IMG/VR virus record: IMGVR_UViG_3300017998_000013
Span: 1-53,920 of that record
Length of the DNA: 53,920 nt
Reading direction: 5' to 3' (one strand)
DNA from: a virus
Lineage: Duplodnaviria; Caudoviricetes
How positions within the stretch are numbered: position 1 is the first letter of the stretch; every line of letters starts with the position of its first letter. The position numbers were made by a program, and so were the translations under genes. The notes under the pieces were generated by a model. That model saw only the letters and a list, made by a program, of their open reading frames with translations, was not told the DNA's origin and ran no database searches. Of this stretch, positions 53,198 through 53,920 are shown piece by piece.

Positions 53198-53920
53198 GTG
53201 TGCGAATTCCCAAGCTGGATAGAACAAAAAGACGGAACGATCTTGTTCCTGACCGACAAGGATATCAAGCATCATCATCTTGAGGTCAAAGATTCCATCG
53301 GACATTCTGCGATTCGCAAGTTATATCCCGGTGCGGCAGGGATGGACAAAGAGAACTTTCCCGCGCATCCGTTCGTCATGAAAGCCCTTAAGTCGGGTAA
53401 GATGAAGGGGATGGCTGAGTACAAATTCGGGCCAAACTGGAAGAATGTAATTGGTGTTATAGAAAAAGCATCCGACAAATCCTTATACTTTCACGCAACC
53501 AAGCCAATTAATTTAGATGATCTGCAAAAAGTCGCCGACGCTTTCAAACCTTTCACGAAAGCAAAACTGTCTGTAGAAACAAAATCTTTCACCACCAGGG
53601 ACGCTGCCTGGGACGCTGCCAGGGACGCTGCCAGGGACGCTGCCAGGGCCGCTGCCAGGGCCGCTGCCAGGGCCGCTGCCTGGGACGCTGCCAGGGCCGC
53701 TGCCTGGGACGCTGCCATCGACGCTGCCTGGGCCGCTGCCTGGGACGCTGCCAGGGACGCTGCCAGGGACGCTGCCAGGGACGCTGCCAGGGACGCTGCC
53801 ATCGACGCTGCCAGGGCCGCTGCCTGGGACGCTGCCAGGGACGCTGCCAGGGACGCTGCCAGGGACGCTGCCTGGGCCGCTGCCAGGGCCGCTGCCTGGG
53901 ACGCTGCCTGGGAATCAATC
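53198..53920 (+). CDS. 'AAWDAA' tetrapeptide-repeat phage protein (3' partial)
   Basis: SD AAGGAGG and GTG start. MCEFPSWIE...GH..IR..Y, then (W/R/I)-(D/A)-A-A repeats running off the window end. Confidence 0.85.
   Translation, partial: MCEFPSWIEQKDGTILFLTDKDIKHHHLEVKDSIGHSAIRKLYPGAAGMDKENFPAHPFVMKALKSGKMKGMAEYKFGPNWKNVIGVIEKASDKSLYFHATKPINLDDLQKVADAFKPFTKAKLSVETKSFTTRDAAWDAARDAARDAARAAARAAARAAAWDAARAAAWDAAIDAAWAAAWDAARDAARDAARDAARDAAIDAARAAAWDAARDAARDAARDAAWAAARAAAWDAAWESI
53597..53912 (+). repeat. 12-bp tandem repeat (about 26 units)
   Basis: Units of (tgg/agg/atc)(gac/gcc)gctgcc. Confidence 0.95.

Noticed and set aside
53491-53918. Minus-strand repeat ORFs (AASL.. and WQRP..)
   Set aside because: Shadows of the 12-bp repeat. 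The + strand frame has an SD, a start codon and a unique N-terminal domain.
1-53920. Stop-codon reassignment, integrase/att site, terminal repeats
   Set aside because: Genes are intact under the standard code with all three stops used. No integrase is recognisable and the two ends do not overlap. Lifestyle cannot be determined because of the gap.

Overview
The window is an apparently near-complete ~54 kb tailed-phage genome of podovirus type, with a P22-like portal, an N4-gp56-family major capsid protein, no tape measure protein and a giant ejection/polyvalent protein. It has two arms. The + arm (52705 to the window end, then 1..16417) holds the early, recombination and replication genes: a pentapeptide-repeat protein, PD-(D/E)XK nuclease, Rad52/Sak-like annealase, replication initiator with iterons, DnaB/Twinkle-like helicase, SNF2-like helicase, DNA methyltransferase, several HNH genes, two structured non-coding RNAs and a run of small exported proteins. 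The - arm (52591 down to 16482) holds terminase, portal, scaffold, capsid, lysis, tail and ejection genes. The arms diverge at ~52.6 kb and converge at a bidirectional terminator at ~16.46 kb. Both ends break inside tandem-repeat ORFs, so a gap of unknown size remains; no integrase, reverse transcriptase or CRISPR array is visible. Four observations stand out. (1) The ejection-protein operon has three tightly linked putative modifying enzymes (GNAT, ICMT/Ste14-family methyltransferase, PurD-like ATP-grasp ligase) beside plausible substrates. (2) Several structural-region proteins carry signal peptides, including a free-standing copy of the tail-fibre tip domain. (3) A 145-nt tRNA-like RNA has a greatly extended anticodon arm. 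(4) A kissing-loop leader precedes the replication operon. All family assignments come from motif recognition by eye; no database search was run.
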